DNA of 64,000 bases from Squalus acanthias (taxonomy: Eukaryota): positions 27,344,001 to 27,408,000 of the forward strand of contig CM059432.1 in assembly GCA_030390025.1 (NCBI GenBank). The letters are read 5' to 3'. Positions within the stretch are counted from its first letter, which is position 1, and each line of letters starts with the position of its first letter. This document shows, one piece after another, positions 1-12,600 of this stretch. The notes beneath the pieces are model-generated. The model saw nothing but the letters and a program-made list of their open reading frames with translations, was not told the origin of the DNA and made no database searches. Position numbers and translations under genes: made by a program.

Positions 1-162
1 AGATATCGAAGCCCCGATTTTAGCGCGGCACATGAATCGGCAAGCCCTCATGACATCGTCGGCGGGAGATCCGGGCATCATTTTAATATCAGAAACTGGT
101 GGCAGGGACAGCCCAGGAGAGAGGTCGTCAGAGAGCAAGGTTCAGCTGATGAGGTCAGAGAT

Positions 163-164
163 GA

Positions 165-196
<32 letters not shown>
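163..196 (+). repeat. (GAAA)n microsatellite
   Basis: About 8 direct GAAA copies. Confidence 0.9.
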
Positions 197-197
<1 letters not shown>

Positions 198-227
198 GGC
201 AGAATGATGACAGAAAGAAAGAACAAA

Positions 228-773
228 CCAATGAAGTACTTTTGAAGTAGAAGCAGAAAATGTTGGAAATACTCAGCAGGTCAGGCAGCATCCGTGGAGA
301 GAGAACCAAAGTTAATGTTAACTCTGTTTTTCTCTCTCCACAGATGCTGCCTAACCTGCTGAGTACTTGCCAGCATTTTCTGTTTTTATTTCAGATTTCC
401 AGCATCCGCAGTATTTTGCTTAGGTACTATTGAAGTGTAGTCACTGTTGTAATGTAGGAAACAGGGCAGTCAATTTATATACGACCACATAATTTTTTTT
501 GTGATGTTGCTTGAGCGACAAATATTGGCCAGGACACCAGGGAGAATTCCCCTGCTCCTTCTTCGAATAGTGCCATGGTATCCTTTACGTCCACCTGAGA
601 GGGCAGATGGGGCCTCAGTTTAACGTCTCATCCGAAAGGCAGCGTCTCAGACAGAGTAGCACTCCCTCAGTGCTATGCTGAAGTGCCAGCCTAGATTATG
701 AGCTCAAGTCCCTGGAGTGGGACTTGAACCTTCTGACTCAAAGGCGAGAGTACTACCACTGAGCCAGGGCTAA
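228..773 (-). mobile_element. tRNA-derived Deu-domain SINE (SacSINE1/AmnSINE1-like), split by a PLE fold-back
   Basis: Reverse complement of the intact copy at 59664-60115. Confidence 0.8.
249..421. mobile_element. Penelope-like pLTR fold-back remnant (family 2)
   Basis: Inverted arms cagaaaatgttggaaatactcagcaggtcaggcagcatc / gatgctgcctaacctgctgagtacttgccagcattttctg. Flanked by a 15-bp duplication aagtacttttgaagt (234-248) / aggtactattgaagt (422-436). Matches the termini of the PLE at 47981-53048. Confidence 0.75.
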
Positions 774-832
774 CAGAGGTGCTTTTATATTGAAGGAGTG
801 CAGCCTAAACATCCTATTGGATTCTCCAGATA

Positions 833-1183
833 ACTGGCTCACTGGTAGCACACTTGGCTCTGAGTCAGAAGGGTTGTGGGTTCAAGTCTCGCTCCAGAGA
901 CTTGAGCACAAAAATTCTAGGCTGACACACCAGTGCAGTACTGAGGGAGTGTTGCATTGTCGGAGGTGCCGTCGTTTTGATGAGATGTGAAACTGAAGCC
1001 CTGATGGACGTAAATGATCCCATAACACTATTTTGAAGAAGAGCAGGGGAATTCTCCTCAGTAACCAAATCACTTGAACAGATTATTTGGTCATTATCAT
1101 ATTGCTGTACGTTGGAGCTTGCTGTGTGCAATATGACTGCTGCGTTTCTAAAGTACAACAGTGACTACACTTGGTTGTAAAGT
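833..1183 (+). mobile_element. Deu-domain tRNA SINE
   Basis: A/B-box-like head tggctcactggtagc...ggttcaagtc; body matches 59664-60115. Confidence 0.8.
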
Positions 1184-2137
1184 CCTTCCTTCCTCCCCCC
1201 CTCCCCCCTCCCTATCGTCTTGATCTTCTTTCTGTTGCAATCTTTTTACATCACCAATTCTCAAATATTATTAACAGATGTGAGGATCTCTGATGAGAGT
1301 GGGAGCGGATTGCTGGCAGTCTGTGCACTGGTTAGATCTTGACAGTATTTTAAATGCAAGTTCTTTTTTCCATTAATACTTTCCCTATAACTTCTGTGAA
1401 GGTCACCATTTATTTAAAGCTGAATTTATTACGTGTGACCACAGCGTAGAGCTTTTAATAGTGGGAATACTTAAGTGAGTGTGACCACACACACAGAGAT
1501 CCCTTATTCTGTATTCTTTGGCCTTTTGTTTAATGACTTTCTTAAAGGGTCATTGCTGTAGAAGGGAGGGTTTCTTCCAAGTTAAAACACCTCCAATGTT
1601 TCACCTATTCCAGTAGAGTTGTTTAAAGAAAGTTGTCTTCCCTTGTTTATCCTTGAGAGCCTTGGGTCCCAGGAAAAATCTTCCTTTCTCTCATTCGCAT
1701 TCCCCACTCCGTTATTTCTTTTTTCTGTTTCCCCTCTCACTTCTTTTTGCTTTCCTTTTTCCTCTGCACCTTTCTTACTCTTCTGGTTCTATATCACACT
1801 ACTTTTTTTTGCACCATGAGCGGGCAACAAGAGGCTACAGCATCAGGGAGAAGCAGTAGCATTGGAAATCAAGCAGAAAGGCAGAGTCATTGGTTTGGAG
1901 CAGCAGATCATTGGGACTAGGGTGAGTGGGAGAGCCACTGAATCAAGCATCGGGACCCAGTCAGATGGAGCGAAGCAATGGTGGGGGACGAGTAGACCAT
2001 AGAATAGGTCGGGAAAAACAGACTGTAGGGCAGGTGGGGAGTAGTAGACAATAGGGAGATAAGCAGACCATAGGGTGGGTAGAGAGGGAGGGAGAAGCAG
2101 AGCAAAGGAGGGGGGGAGAAGCAGAGCAAAGGAGGGG

Positions 2138-2731
2138 TGGACAGGTGGGGGAGATAAGATCAAAGGGTGAATGGACAGGTGGAGGGGAGAAGATCAGAGA
2201 GTACGTGGACAGGTGGGGTGGAGCAGATCAGAGAGTGGGTGGACAGGTGGAGGGGAGAAGGTCATAGGGTGTGTGGACAAGTGGGGTGGAGCAGATCAGA
2301 GAGTGGGTGGACAGGTGGAGGGGAGAAGGTCATAGGGTGCGTGGACAAGGGGGGTGGAGCAGATCAGAGAGTGGGTGGACAGGTGGAGGGGAGAAGATCA
2401 GAGAGTGCATGGACAGGTGGGGTGGAGCAGATCAGAGAGTGGGTGGACAGGTGGAGGGGAGAAGATCAGAGAGTGCATGGACAGGTGGGGTGGAGCAGAT
2501 CAGAGAGTGGGTGGACAGGTGGAGGGGAGAAGATCAGAGAGTGCATGGACAGGTGGGGTGGAGCAGATCAGAGAGTGGGTGGACAGGTGGAGGGGAGAAG
2601 ATCAGAGAGTGCATGGACAGGTGGGGTGGAGCAGATCAGAGAGTGGGTGGACAGGTGGAGGGGAGAAGATCAGAGAGTGCATGGACAGGTGGAGGGGAGA
2701 AGATCAGAGAGTGCATGGACAGGTGGAGGGG
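2138..2731 (+). repeat. Purine-rich 34-bp minisatellite with a 68-bp higher-order A/B period
   Basis: Alternating ggacaggtggggtggagcagatcagagagtgggt and ggacaggtggaggggagaagatcagagagtgcat. Confidence 0.92.
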
Positions 2732-3289
2732 GAGTAATAGCCCAATCTGAGAAAATATAATTTTGAACTTCGGTGTGGGCTGAAAACTGGCAGTAGCAGA
2801 TTGACAGTCCGTATGCAACCTGCCTGACTTCAGTGGGAAGGAATGTAAGCAGACCCTATCGCAATTTAAAAAATGACTGCCCCGAGCCTTTTACATCAAT
2901 CTGAACAGTTGGATTTTTGTAACGTCTCATTCGGAAGACAGCAATTCTAACAGTGCAGCACTCCCTCAGTACTACACTGAAGTGTCAGCACAAATTACAT
3001 GCTAAAGTCATGGCGTGGAACTTGAACCCACAAGCTTGCAACTCAGGGGCAGGAGTGCTACACCACCGAGCCAACCGAAAGACTGAAAAGCTGGGGTAGG
3101 TTCCGTGATAGGGTTGACTTAGCATGGTTGATGGAAGGGGTCGGCATCCTCATGCATTTACAATGAATGCAGCCTTTTGTGTCTTTTTAAAAAAGACTTG
3201 CATTTATATAGTGCCTTTCATGAGCTCAGAATGTCTGAAAGCGCTTTACAGCCAATGAAGCACTTTAGAAGTGTAGCCACTGTAGTAAT

Positions 3290-5849
3290 TTTTTTTTAAT
3301 TAGTTTATGGGATGTGGCCATCGCTGGCAAGGCCAGCATTTATTGCCCATCCCTAATTGCCCTCGAGAAGGTGGTGGTGAGCCGCCTTCTTGAACCGCTG
3401 CAATCCTTGTGGTGATGGTACTCCCACAGTGCTTTTAGGGAGGGAGTTCCAGGATTTTGACCCAGCGACGATGAAGGATCGGCGATATACTTCTAAGTCA
3501 GGATGGTGTGTGACTTGGAGGGTAAGTTGCAGGTGGTGGTGTTCCCATGCGCCTGCTACCCTTGTCCTTCTAGGTGGAAGAGGTCGCAAGTTTGGGAGGT
3601 GCTGCCGAAGAAGCCTTGGCGAGTTGCTGCAGTGCATCTTGTAGATGGTACACACTGCAGCCATGGTACGCCGGTGGTGAAGGGAGTGAATGTTTAAGGT
3701 GGTGGATGGGATGCCAATCAAGCGGGCTGCTTTGTCCTGGATGGTGTCAAGCTTCTTGAGTGTTGTTGGAGCTACACTCATCCAGGCAAGTGGAGAGTAT
3801 TCCAACACACTCCTTACTTGTGCCTTGTAGATGGTGGAAAGGCTTTGGGGAGTCAGGAGGTGAGACACTCGCCGCAGAATACCTAGCCTCTGACTTGCTC
3901 TTGTTGCCACAGTATTTATGTGGCTGGTCCAATTAAGTTTCTGGTCAATGGTGACCCCCAGGATGTTGATGGTGGGGGATTCGGCGATGGTAATGCCATT
4001 GAATGTCATGGGGAGGTGGTTAGACTCTCGCTTGTTGGATATAGTCATTGCCTGGCACTTCTGTGGCGCAAATGTTGCCTGGCAGTTCTCAGCCCAAACC
4101 TGAAAGTCGTCCAGGTCTTGTTGCATACGGGCATGGACTGCTTCATTATCTGAAGAGTTGTGAATGGCGCTGAATACTGTGCAGTCGTCAGCGAACATCC
4201 CAATTTCTGACCTTATGTTGGAGGGAAGGTCATTGATGAAGCAGCTGAACATGATTGGGCCTAGGACACTGCCCTGAGGAACTCATGCAGCGATGACCTG
4301 TGGCTGTGATGATTGACCTTCAACCACCACAACCATCTTCCTTTGTGCTAGGTATGACTCCAGCCAGTGGAGCGTTTCCCCCCCCGATTCTCATTGACTT
4401 CAGTTTTACTAGGGCTCCTTGATGTCAAATGCTGCCTTGATGTCAAGGGCAGTCACTCTCACCTCACCTCTGGAATTCAGCTCCTTTGTCCATGTTTGGA
4501 CCAAGGCTGTAATGAGGTTGGGAGCCGAGTGGTCTTGGCGGAACCCAAACTGGACATCAGTGAGCAGGTTATTGGTGAGTAAGTGCCACTTGATAGCACT
4601 GTTGATGACACCTTCCATCACTTTGCTGATGATTGAGAGTAGACTGATGGGGCGGTAATTGGCCGGGTTGGATTTGTCCTGATTTTTGTGGACAGGACAT
4701 ACCTGGGCAGTTTTCCACATTGTTGGATAGATGCCAGTGTTGTAGCTGTACTGGAACAGCTTGGCTAGAGGCGCGGCTAGTTATGGCGAACAAGTCTTCA
4801 GCACGATAGCCGGGATGTTGTCGGGCCCATTGCCTTTGCTGTATCCAGTGCGCTCAGCCATTTCTTGTTATCACATGGAGTGAATCGAATTGGCTGAAGA
4901 CTGGCTTCTGTGATGGTGGGGACCTCAGGAGTAGGCCTATATGGATCATCCACTCGTCACTTCTGGCTGAAGATGGTTGCAAACGCTTCAGCCTTGTCTT
5001 TTGCACTCAAGTGCTGGGCTCCGTCATCATTGAGGATGGGGATATTCATGGAGCCTCATCCTCCCTTTAGTTGTTTAATGGTCCACCACCATTCACGACT
5101 GGATGTGGCAGGACTGCAGAGCTTTGATCTGATCCGTTGATTGTGGGATCGCTTAGCCCTGTCTATAGCATGCTGCTTCCGCTTTTTAGCATGCATGTAG
5201 TCCTGTTTTGCAGCTTCCCTAGGTTGGCACCTCATTTTTAGGTACACCTGGTGCTATTCCTGGCATGCTCTTCTACACTCCTTATTGAACCAGGGTTGGT
5301 CCCCTGGCTTGATGGTAATGGTAGGGTGAGGGATATACTGGGCCATGAGGTTACAGATTGTGGTGGAATACAATTCTACTACTGTTAATGGCCCACAGCG
5401 CCTCATGGATGCCCAGTTTTGAGCTGCTAGATCTGTCCTGAATCGATCCCATTTAGCAGAGTGGTAGTGCCACACAACACGATGGAGGGTGTCCTCAGTA
5501 TGAAGACGGGACTTCGTCTCCACAATGACTGTGCGGTGGTCACTGCTACCAATACTGTCATGGACAGATGCATCTGCGACAGGTAGATTGGTTCTCTCAC
5601 CACCTGTCGCAGGTCCAGACTGCAGGACTCGGCCAGCTCGGTCAGTAGTGATGTTACCGAGCCACTCTTGGTGATGGACATTGAAGTCCCCCACCCAGAG
5701 TATATTCTGTGCCTTTGCTACTCTCAGTGCTTCTTCCAAGTGGTGTTCAACATGGAGGAGTACTGATTCGTCAGCTGAGGGAGGGCGGTAGGTGGTAATC
5801 AGCAGGAGGTTTCCTTGCCCGTGCTTGACCTGAAGCCATGAGACTTCAT
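3290..5849 (-). mobile_element. 5'-truncated non-LTR retrotransposon (CR1/L2/Jockey group, family B), decayed APE-RT ORF2
   Basis: ORFs carry YRPP/VGDFN/SDH (APE) and NYRPISLLS, QFGFR, FADD (RT). A-rich tail at 3290. Interrupts a SINE (3188-3289 resumes at 5850). Confidence 0.9.
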
Positions 5850-8069
5850 GTAGGAAATACTGCAGCCAATTTGCACACAGCAAGCTCCCACAAAGAGCAA
5901 TATGATACTGACTAGATAATCTGTTTTACTGATGTTAGAAATCACTGGTTAGGCCTCAGTTAGAGTATTGTGTCCAATTCCAGGCTTTAAGAAGGACGTC
6001 AAGGCCTTGGAGAGGGTGCAGAGGAGGTTGTCCACAGGGATACCAGGAATACTAGTTGTATTGCATTATCAAAGCCAATTTCCTCAAAAATGATTGGGAT
6101 TAACAGTAGATAATCTGTGTTAAATCTGTCTTGAGGATATAATTTTCATGGTTCAGAAATGCTCAAACAAATTTAACTTATTACCGATGAATGCTTTACA
6201 AGTCAGTGGAAAACGACACTTGTATGTCACGTTCTTTGTTTTAGCCTAAAGGGATTTATTTTAAAATATGGGTAAAGAGTCAAAACAAATTGTGCAGCAC
6301 ATCACCAAGTACAGGGTAGTTATGGGGCCAGGGCTGTAGCGGCAATAGGCAGCCTCCTAGAATCATAGAGAGCCTCAGCAACCATGTTTTTGTCCTGATT
6401 TAACAATGTTTGATTTGGCTGTGCAGAGGCATAGGAAGTGTTGTCTCCCAAATCACTGTAGGCAGTATTTTGCCCCAATAAAAATGTAACCGCTGCTACA
6501 GCCGTGGCAGTGGTGTTAGAATTGGTCTCAGTGCTCTTGAGTTAGATAGGTGTGTTTAATGAGCCGTCATTCCTACTCCTGACCATTATCCAATGAATCC
6601 TGCTGGATAGAGCTCACGTATAGAGTCCAGCTGAGCTCAGGATCGGGCTCGGCTATGACATCTTCCCCAGTCAATACCCGCACCTTCATTTTTACATTTG
6701 GCATTATTGCTAAACTGGGGTTAACCCACTCACATATATAGAAGTTACAACACGGAGAGAGGCATTTGGGCCAACCAGCTCTTGTTGGCATTTGCCCTCC
6801 ATGCAAGCAAATCGTTCTGATCACATTTACCCATAATCCTTTGACCCTTCATCCGCCTACCCTATCTAATCTTGAAGAAGCTCGCACCAGTGGGTGGCTA
6901 GGATCAGGAGAACCATACACGGGCAAGAGTCGTTGGGGGTGAGATTGGTCTTCAATGGTAGCACAACACAAGCGACAATTAATATATTCTCAGACCTCAG
7001 GTTCCTTCCATCTCCCTTTCAAAACTGCCGTCATCACCTCCTTCTAAAAAAAAACGCCCTAGACCCCTTTGTCCTTGCCTGTTTACATCAGGTGCCTAAT
7101 CCACATGTTTGTGGGGGGAGGAGTAGAGTTTTGCCACTGTAGGAGATGCATCTTTCTGTCAGCAGTGCAGGTCTGTGCATCTCAGGCAGATCTTGCACCC
7201 ATTGGAACAGGCATAACAGACGGGAATGAATCTAACAGAACTGCAAACTAGTCTTGGCATTTGTGCTATACCATGTTCTCTTGCTCTGCATATGGAAGAC
7301 CAAAATTGCATCGGAGTCCTAAATACGTCTTAGGACCCTGATTTAAATGTATTAATCGCCTGTTTTGGGCAGGAGTGTTAGCTGTATAATACATAGAAAT
7401 ACATAGATGTGACAACACAAAAGCAATCCATTTGGCTCAAACAAATAGTTCTACTCACATTTACCCACCCTGTTGCATATCTCTTTGAACCCTTTTCCAC
7501 CATCCGCCTATCGAATCTTGAGTTTCGACAGACTTTCTGCCTCAACCACTAAATTGCATTGGGCGGATCTCAGGCTGCAAGTGAGCAGTAGGTTTTCTTT
7601 TACATTTTTGCCATGTGTTTCAAGCTGCAAACTGGGGCAGCAATGAGAAGGAAATTTCCCCCATCATCCAGTCTGGGGTGGTGGGGGGGGGGTGGGCGGG
7701 GGGGGTCGGGGGGGGGGGTGGCGGTGGGTGAGGGGTCAAGATTTTGGTTAGTATTTTGTAGTCAATGTTGAGCAGGGCTTGGGCCTGTGGGATGCATGAG
7801 CTAGGACCTCTACCCTTCTTGAGTTCATTTTGCTATCCTGAGTGAGTCTGGGAGGGTTTTATAAATACTGAAATAGTTTCTGCAGTATTGCTATTAGCTT
7901 GGGGAGTAGAAATTTGTAGAATTTGGTAAGGAACCTATCATGTGTCAGTGCTTTGCTAGTCTGTAGCCTACTTTTTGCTCCCTTTTGTAACTAGGGATGG
8001 GCAATAAATGTTGGCCTTGCCAGCGGCACTCACTTGCCAAGAATGAATATATTAAAAAAATTATCTGTA

Positions 8070-8790
8070 GAAGATCAATATGGCAACCAACCAGGAGGTC
8101 ATGCGCACGCCAGGCAGGCATGGGTTCAGGGAGGACTTTGGGGCAGAGTTGGTATGCTGAAAGATTTGCTTGCAGTTTGGAAGGTGTGTCACAGATGAAT
8201 ATGGGCTGCTTTGTGATTGCTTGAGAAAGGTTGAAGGATTCCCAAATGATCAGCATGTGAATATGCAGCTGACTGAAATGCAAGTGTGTTCCTGCCATGC
8301 CATACCATAGCACCCAAGGTAGCTTGGAAGTTCAAGGCATTGGAGACTTCTACTGCTATCGGCAGAGCCTTTGCAGTTGTTGCAAGGTTTGGTGGTCTGA
8401 CTGCAGCAGAGGGCAAAATTTCAAGATCTTCTCGCTGGTGAAGTGTACATGGTGAAGAGAGGGCCTCTTGGATATGCCCAAATAATTGTGGCCTTGTTCC
8501 TGCCATTCAGCAGACACTTTCTTCGCCAAACTTCTTTAATGAGTTAAATTTCTTGCAGATCTGAGCTGAGGCCCTCCCCACCTCATGACAGAAACTGCGT
8601 ACACCTGTTCTGCCATCTCTTTCCACACAGAAAAGACAGCTCCCTTTTGAGGAGGGTGCCAAAGATCGCAATCCTGCTTTCCTTCAGCTCTTGCAGCCTT
8701 ACTTCCAGGGCTCTGTCTGTAAAACAAGTAGTCCTCCCTCCTGTCTGTGCCCGTGCCCGCTCCTCCATCATCTTTCAAACAGTTTCCAAA
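8070..8790 (-). mobile_element. Decayed PIF/Harbinger remnant (Myb/SANT-like and transposase fragments)
   Basis: FTDRALEVRLQELKESRIAIF...VWKEMAEQV is Myb/SANT-like. ALPIAVEVSNALNFQAT...DHLGILQ resembles the HARBI1-type N-terminus. Confidence 0.55.
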
Positions 8791-9099
8791 GACTTCTCTC
8801 TTTTTTTCCGTTCGTTCATGGGATGTGGGCGTCGCTGGCAAGGCCAGCATTTATTGCCCATCCCTAATTACCCTTGAGAAGGTGGTGGTGAGCCACCTTC
8901 TTGAATCGCTGCCGTCCTTGTGGTGAAGGTACTCCCACAGTGCTGACTTTCACAGCAGTGAGTTTTGGTGCCGCTTTGATGGCTCAGAATCAACTCTTTT
9001 GTGCCAGTGCACATGATATTACACTCCTGGTTAGCTGTCAGACAACAAACTGTCTTTAGCTGTAAAATAATTTGTCAGTATTAGAAGAAGACACTCCTC

Positions 9100-9616
9100 G
9101 GGCTAAAAAATGAGTGCCCCCACGACGGAAATTGAGTGGTAGCGCCCCAAGGGGGAAGCGGGGCGCTCAAGAGAAGTACCAGGCTCATGGAGCGCAGCCA
9201 GCACTCCACGGCAGAGGGTGAAGGGGGGGGCGGGTAAGGAGGCCGGAGACGGGAGCGGAGGCAGGTGCTGGCAGGCGGCCAGCAACAAAAATGGCCGCCC
9301 CGCACCTTACCTTTAAATAGCGCCTCCCCGGCCGCAGGTAGGCATCCCTGACCCCGTTGGACATAGCGTCCACCGGTAAGTCAGGGGGCGCGCCCAAAGA
9401 TCGCGGCCGGGGCGCAAGCGGGGCGCTGCTCACGGCGATGATGCCATCGCCGGCGGCGCAGCGCGCGGGGCACTAACGGTTAGCGCCGCCGCTAACCTCC
9501 CGCTGAATTTTGCGGGAGGTGTTGGCGGCGCCGCGCCCGGGCGCTAGTGGCTTTGCGCCCCGTTAGCACCCTCTTAGGGCGCTAACGGGAGGAGCAAAGC
9601 AACCGATTTTTCCCCC
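9100..9616. mobile_element. GC-rich Harbinger-type MITE
   Basis: Termini gggctaaaaa / atttttccccc. Homologous to 48638-49382 (opposite strand) and 50403-50800. Confidence 0.75.
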
Positions 9617-9683
9617 CTTATCTTTAAATGGATGCACTTGCACTTTATCAGACAAGAAACAGCTTTTAATTGTAAAAGAATTA

Positions 9684-12600
9684 GGACTAGAAATTCGTGG
9701 CTGCCACAAGAGCTGCTGGAGCCTCCGCGGCCAGGGGTTAACAGCCACCGAAAATGGTGGTGCCAGCAGGACTGAGAAATTGGCACTGGAGACTAATGCT
9801 TTAGCCCAGCGCTAAACTCACCGTGTAAAAAAAATAATGTTAAAAAGAATTCCCAAATGGGAGTCTTCAGCTCTTAAAGCTGAATTGCCGTCTGCACCTC
9901 AAAAAATGGGAAAAGTGTTTCAGCACTAACACAAATGGCTCAGCAAGCCAGGGAAGGGGCTACCAGGGTCTTGCACACAGCACTCCAGCTTTGTGCAGAG
10001 GGTCAGCACTGCAAGAGAGGTCCTCCACGCACAGAGGCCAGGAGGCCGTCCAGAAAGAACAATGTGGGACCACATCACCAAGGCCAGCACTTCCAGCAGT
10101 GTCGCCCCCACCATCTGGCTCCAGTGCCCAAAGAAGCTTCATGATCTCAGACCAGTTGTCAAGGTCAGTGAATGCATCTTCAAAAGCCGTCTCCTACCAA
10201 CTGCATCACTAGCCTCACACACTTCTCAATGCACAACTCCCCCGCCCCTCCACCAATCACACACCTACCAACTGTACCAATCATGAGGCATACCTCCTAT
10301 TCCTAGCTTCACCTCACCCCCTTGGAGGAGACGGTGCTGGCCATTCTTGACAGGGGCATGGCTGAGCCCTTGGCCAGCGGCGGGGCTGAAAGGATACAAG
10401 ATGTTGGTATCCTCATACGTTATCCTCCTTTTCGCATGCTCCTCTTGCTTTCCCACCATAACTCTACTCTTGTGCCTTCCTCATTTCACACACCCAAGAA
10501 ATCCAACCTGCCCAACTAGTGGTTGATCAAGAAGAGGGAGAGGAGAGTGAAGAAAAAGAAGGAGAAGAAGAAGAAACACCATCACCCGATTTGACATGCC
10601 CAGCCACCAGCTACCAGCTCCTCAAGGTCGACCAGCAGGACCATTTGCAGTGTCCCCCACTGAAAATCAGCAGCCTTCCACCAGCCATGCTGCAGCCACT
10701 GGGGTAGCACTGTGTGACATCAGTAGGATAGGCAAAGACACACACAAGACACTCACTAAGAGAATGCATAAGGGTGATGAATTGATTTCTTCCTGTCATA
10801 TTGGATGGTTAGATGTATAATGTTGAATTGGAAAGTTTGCTTTGTGGTGGCTTTTATTTCAGCATTGTGGCCAAGAGGACTCTGTGATGGTCAGTAACAG
10901 AGGGAAGGTAAGGTGTGGGACAAATGTTTAAAGGAGAATTGGGGTTGGGGTCACTGGTAACACGGACAGATGATTTCATCTCGGATATCCTGGCCAGAAA
11001 GGGGCTGTCTGGGTTGCATCCTTCCTTCTGCTTCCTTCTTTTCTACTTCCTCCTCTTCTGCATCTTCCTCTTCTGCGTCTTCCTTTTCTGTGTCTTCCTC
11101 TTCCCTCTGCGAGTGGATGCTGTAAATCTGAAACAAAAGCATAAAATGCTGAAAATACTCAACATGTCAGGCAGCATCTCGACCTGAGACGTGAACTCTG
11201 TTTCGTTCTCCACAGATGTTGCCTGACCTGCTGAGTATTTCCAGCATTTTCTGTCTACTCAGAGGCTTTCCTTTACCATCCAAGGCCTTGCAAGCATCCA
11301 GCAGTACCCTCTGCACACATAAAAAACTTTGAACATGTATTGCACCAAGCCATTACTTCAATAAAATAAAAAAATCCAGTCCAAAAGCTTAAATGCAATC
11401 TTACCTGAAAGATGTGTGTGTCCATAGAAACATAGAAGATAGGAGCAGGAGTAGGCCATTCGGCCCCTCGAGCCTGTTCCGCCATTTAATGAGATTATGG
11501 CTGATCATCCAAATTCAGTACCCTGTCCCTGCTTTCTCCCCATATCCCTTGATCCCTTTAGCCTTAAGAAATATATCTAACTCCTTCTTGAATATATTTA
11601 ATGAATTGGCCTCAACTGCCTTGTGTGGTAGAGAATTCCACAGGTTCACAACTCTCTGGGTGAAGAAATTCCTCCTCAACTCAGTCCTAAATGGCTTACC
11701 CCTTATCCTTAGACTGTAACCCCTGGTTCTGGACTCACCCGCCATCGGGAACATCCTTCCTGCATCTAGTCTGTCTAGTCCTGTTAGAATTTTATAAGTT
11801 TCAATGAGATCCCCTCTCATTCTTCTAAACTCTAGCGAATATAAGCCTAATCGACCCAATCTCTCCTCATACGTCATTCCTGCCATCCCAGGTATCAGTC
11901 TGGTGAATCTTCGCTGCACTCTCTCCATGGCAAGAACATCCTTCCTCAAATAAGGTGACCAAAACTGCACAGAATACTCAAGGTGTGGTCTCACCAAGGC
12001 CCTGTAAAACTGCAGCAAGACATCCTTGCTCCTGTACTCGAATCCTCTCGCTATGAAGGCCAACATACCATTTGCCTTCTTAACCGCCTGCTGCACCTGC
12101 ATGCTTACCTTCAGCGACTGGTGCACAAGGACACCCAGATCTCATTGCACTTCCCCTTTTCCCAATCTATTGCCGTTCAGATAATAATCTTTCTTCCTGT
12201 TTTTGCCACCGAAGTGGATAACCTCACATTTATCCACATTATACTGCATTTGCCATGCATCTGCCCAATCATCCAACCTGTCCAAATCATACTGGAGTTT
12301 CTCTGCATCCTCCTCACAGCACACACACCCACCCAGCTTTGTGTCGTCTGCAAACTTGGAGATATTACATCTCGTTCCCTCATCTAGATCATTTATATAT
12401 ATAATGTGAATAGCTGGGGTCCTAGCACCGATCCCTGCGGTACCCCACTAGTCACTGCCTGCCACTCGGAAAAAGACCCATTTATTCCAACTCTTTGCTT
12501 CCTATCTGCCAACCAGTTCTCTATCCAAGTCAGTACCTTACCTCCAATCCCATGTGCTTTAACTTTACACGCTAATCTCTTATGCGGGAACTTATTGAAA

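Noticed and set aside
2167..2760. Repetitive ORFs in three frames, and a superficially CRISPR-like array
   Set aside because: Stop-free minisatellite; the units abut with no unique spacers, there are no cas genes, and the context is eukaryotic.
6329..6506. Short inverted repeat ggctgtagcggc / gctgctacagcc
   Set aside because: Possible old MITE, but no convincing TSD or second copy in the window.
7675..7735. G-rich run
   Set aside because: Low-complexity tract with no further supporting structure.
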